Below are positions 50,376-52,562 of a stretch of DNA of 52,562 nt, in pieces. How positions within the stretch are numbered: the first letter of the stretch is position 1; each line of letters begins with the position of its first letter. Position numbers and translations under genes: made by a program. The notes beneath the pieces are model-generated. The model made no database searches. It had not been told where the DNA came from and worked only from the letters and a program-made list of their open reading frames with translations. The DNA is from Spirochaetia bacterium (GTDB taxonomy: Bacteria > Spirochaetota > Spirochaetia > Treponematales > Treponemataceae), in the NCBI GenBank assembly GCA_022768685.1, contig JALEPQ010000057.1:1-52562 (forward strand). The letters are read 5' to 3'.

Positions 50376-50584
50376 CTTATTAAATTATAAAATACTTTAT
50401 TCAAAAGTCAAATTGAATGACTCCCCAAGTACTACAATCACTAATTCCAGCCGCTGTTTATGATATTTTCTACCGTAGGGATAACAACATGTAAGCGCAA
50501 AAAGTGATTGATTTCGTCACACTAACTTGAATTTCCAGACGCACTTATAAAAAAGACTGATACTGTGACATTTTTACATACACC

Positions 50585-50613
50585 TATACAAAATAAGATA
50601 TATGTACTATACT
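50585..50613 (+). promoter_or_regulatory. Sense promoter, TA-like unit 1
   Basis: TATACA-17-TATACT, with identical hexamers and spacing in unit 2. Confidence 0.65.
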
Positions 50614-50698
50614 GATTTTGAAAGAGCCAGATTCTATGGTGGCGGCTCCCGAACTCAACTGGATTTGCCAGAATTTGATTTTAGGGAGGCTTTGCGGA

Positions 50699-50788
50699 AT
50701 GACTTTATACGAAATTATTTCGTTGGCTATTAATTTAGCCCTTTTCATTCTAGCAGCCCTTTCTTACTTACAAAATAGAAAGAGTTAA
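50699..50788 (+). CDS. Putative type I (holin-like) toxin peptide, 29 aa: MTLYEIISLAINLALFILAALSYLQNRKS
   Basis: SD GGGAGG (50684-89), a single TM helix and a basic C-terminus. Paralogous architecture in unit 2. Confidence 0.75.
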   Translation: MTLYEIISLAINLALFILAALSYLQNRKS

Positions 50789-50880
50789 AAAGTAAAGCCG
50801 CCCATACGTTCGCAATGCATTGGACGGCTTTATCACCAGAAAATGTGGAGACGACCGACAGAATCGGGCACTTCTTCCTT
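50787..50880 (-). ncRNA. Putative antisense antitoxin sRNA, unit 1 (ends approximate)
   Basis: Lies downstream of the convergent promoter and ends at hairpin 50793-50832 followed by U residues. Confidence 0.6.
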
Positions 50881-50885
50881 TTTTT

Positions 50886-50914
50886 AATATACCACCAACC
50901 AGCTTTTTCGTCAA
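50886..50914 (-). promoter_or_regulatory. Convergent antisense promoter, unit 1
   Basis: TTGACG-17-TATATT with an extended TG. Confidence 0.75.
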
Positions 50915-50967
50915 ATCTATTGCAATTCATTTAGAATAAAAAACTCAAACACTTCTGAATAATAACC

Positions 50968-50996
50968 TATACAAAATAAAATACATATACTATACT
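50968..50996 (+). promoter_or_regulatory. Sense promoter, TA-like unit 2
   Basis: TATACA-17-TATACT. Confidence 0.65.
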
Positions 50997-51078
50997 GATT
51001 TTGGAAGTGCCTGAACTGGCGGTTATCTCCCAAACTCTACTGGCTTTTGCTGGAATTTAATTTTGGGAGGCTTTGCGT

Positions 51079-51177
51079 ATGACTTGTGAATGTGTTATTG
51101 CTCTAGTAACTTGTGTTGCCACAATAATCACTACAGTTATAGCAGTGCTCTCTTATCTAAAAGATAAAAAAGAGTAA
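51079..51177 (+). CDS. Putative type I (holin-like) toxin peptide, 32 aa: MTCECVIALVTCVATIITTVIAVLSYLKDKKE
   Basis: SD GGGAGG (51065-70), a TM helix, LSYL shared with unit 1, and a charged tail. Confidence 0.72.
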   Translation: MTCECVIALVTCVATIITTVIAVLSYLKDKKE

Positions 51178-51259
51178 AAATATAGCCGCCCAAGTTTGAC
51201 TCACTAACGGCGGCTATTCGCAAAAAGTGGAGATAACCCGACGTTCGGGCATTTCCTTT
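51176..51259 (-). ncRNA. Putative antisense antitoxin sRNA, unit 2 (ends approximate)
   Basis: Lies downstream of the convergent promoter and ends at hairpin ATAGCCGCC/GGCGGCTAT (51182-51217) plus a U-run. Confidence 0.6.
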
Positions 51260-51264
51260 CTTTT

Positions 51265-51293
51265 AATATACCACCAATAAGCATTTTCGTCAA
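51265..51293 (-). promoter_or_regulatory. Convergent antisense promoter, unit 2
   Basis: TTGACG-17-TATATT with an extended TG, the same hexamers as unit 1. Confidence 0.75.
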
Positions 51294-51447
51294 ATTAATA
51301 AAAAATCAATATAGTACAAAATAAAAAAGCCGGGCTTAATTTTTGTGAGTTTTTAGCGAAGCGTTAAAAAACTCACGGCTTGTGCAAACTACGCGTACGC
51401 TGGTATTAAAACTCACAGCACGAGCCAGGGGCAGTTCTTACGCACCA

Positions 51448-52562
51448 CTAGTTAAAAGTCCTAACACTACAAACATATTCCTTGAAGCACTTGTTGTCGG
51501 TGACCATTCTGCCACTGCCACCGTTTAAACACAGACCCCACACGTTACTACAGTTGGAAGGGTTCTGACAACAAGACCAGTAACAATAGTATGAGCTAAA
51601 CTGGGTTCCGCCTGCTTTTGAAAGGCTTGCATCTACTACAGCTTTGTTCTGGCAGATTGTGCCCAGTTCTGCCACAGTTGGTAAATACCAGCCTGTTGCA
51701 AGGTCTCCTTCAAGCCCATTGTTAGCACCATAATTCCTGCAATAATTCCATGCAGGGTAGTTTTGTGCAACAGTCTCTATTGTTTCAGAAGTTGCATTCT
51801 TTAAATCCTCACAGGCTGCTACAAGTAAATCCCAGCCGTCGCTTCCATCCATGTAGCCGCTTGTTTTATCTCCCTGCAAAGCAGTTATGTATGGGATGTA
51901 ACCTGCGGCACTAGTTGTGCACCATTCAATATCGCTTTTGTTATGAAAAATTCCTACGCCAAGGGCTGGCTTTGTTAAGGTATCAGCACGTACGATTACT
52001 GCGGCAACTGTATTGCTTTCTGGAGTCTTATCTTTAGACAAAATTGTTCCCTCTTTTAAGACAAAGTCGCCAACACTGTATTTTGGAGTGTATATTGTAT
52101 AACTAACACTTGCAACAGCACTGTTGTTCATGCCATCCTTTATTGCAATTGCCTTAAGTGTTACGGCCGCTGTTACACTGATTGCAGCTGTGTATTCTGT
52201 GTTTTCCACTGTTGGTGCAGTTCCGTCTGTTGTGTAGTAAATCTTTGCACCTTCTGTGCTACAAGTGATAGTTACTTCTGTTCCGCTGTCTACTTCACCT
52301 GAAGCAACACTGAATGCTGGGGTTGCTACTGTTCCTTTTATTGTATAACTAGCACTTGCTACAGCACTGTCGTTCATTCCGCTCTTTACAGCAATTGCCT
52401 TAAGTGTCATTGGTGGTGTAACACTGATTGCAGCTGTGTATTCTGTGCTTTCCGCTGTTGGTGCAGTTCCGTCTGTTGTGTAGTAAATCTTTGCTCCTTC
52501 TGTTGCACAAGTAATTGTTACACTTGTTCCGCTGTTAACTGCACCTGATTCAACACTGAATG
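51448..52562 (-). CDS. 5'-truncated surface protein: tandem Fn3-associated/CHB_HEX_C repeats plus a C-terminal DUF1566/Lcl (CLec-like) domain
   Basis: The frame is open to the window end. It has IYYTTDG repeats, then WYLPTVAEL...YWS...W...K...V.SVR.F-stop. Confidence 0.8.
   Translation of the reverse strand, partial: FSVESGAVNSGTSVTITCATEGAKIYYTTDGTAPTAESTEYTAAISVTPPMTLKAIAVKSGMNDSAVASASYTIKGTVATPAFSVASGEVDSGTEVTITCSTEGAKIYYTTDGTAPTVENTEYTAAISVTAAVTLKAIAIKDGMNNSAVASVSYTIYTPKYSVGDFVLKEGTILSKDKTPESNTVAAVIVRADTLTKPALGVGIFHNKSDIEWCTTSAAGYIPYITALQGDKTSGYMDGSDGWDLLVAACEDLKNATSETIETVAQNYPAWNYCRNYGANNGLEGDLATGWYLPTVAELGTICQNKAVVDASLSKAGGTQFSSYYCYWSCCQNPSNCSNVWGLCLNGGSGRMVTDNKCFKEYVCSVRTFN
52090..52562. 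repeat. Intragenic 246-bp tandem repeat (82-aa domain)
   Basis: CAACACTGAATG occurs at 52305 and 52551, with long near-identical flanks. The left boundary is approximate. Confidence 0.85.

Noticed and set aside
50745-50930. 61-aa minus-strand ORF as a protein antitoxin
   Set aside because: It starts upstream of the antisense promoter, has no SD, and has no equivalent listed in unit 2.

Overview
This is a low-GC chromosomal segment that most resembles a host-associated Treponema (spirochete). The basis is the ispE-spoVG-tRNA-Gln-rplY-tilS order, MurE with an EDPR motif, the long-form GlyA and spirochaetal lipoboxes. About 50 kb is housekeeping, transport and signalling: lipid enzymes, dgt, argF, parE, glyA, an MCP, opp and pot ABC transporters, rplM/rpsI, recX, hisHF, recQ, queD, murE, ddl, lepA and three c-di-GMP proteins. 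The most interesting content lies outside the ORF track. (1) At 50.58-51.29 kb are two tandem, diverged ~380-bp units, each built like a type I toxin-antitoxin module: sense promoter, SD-sequestering 5' UTR, 29/32-aa hydrophobic peptide, convergent antisense promoter, and 5'-3' long-range pairing that competes with the anti-SD. (2) A window-truncated Fn3-repeat surface protein has a DUF1566/CLec-like C-terminus that looks like a diversity-generating retroelement (DGR) variable region, although no RT or template repeat is in the window. (3) Several structured intergenic elements keep conserved internal-loop motifs while their stems covary. (4) A recurring leaderless-mRNA signature is present. 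All calls come from reading the sequence; no database searches or folding programs were run.
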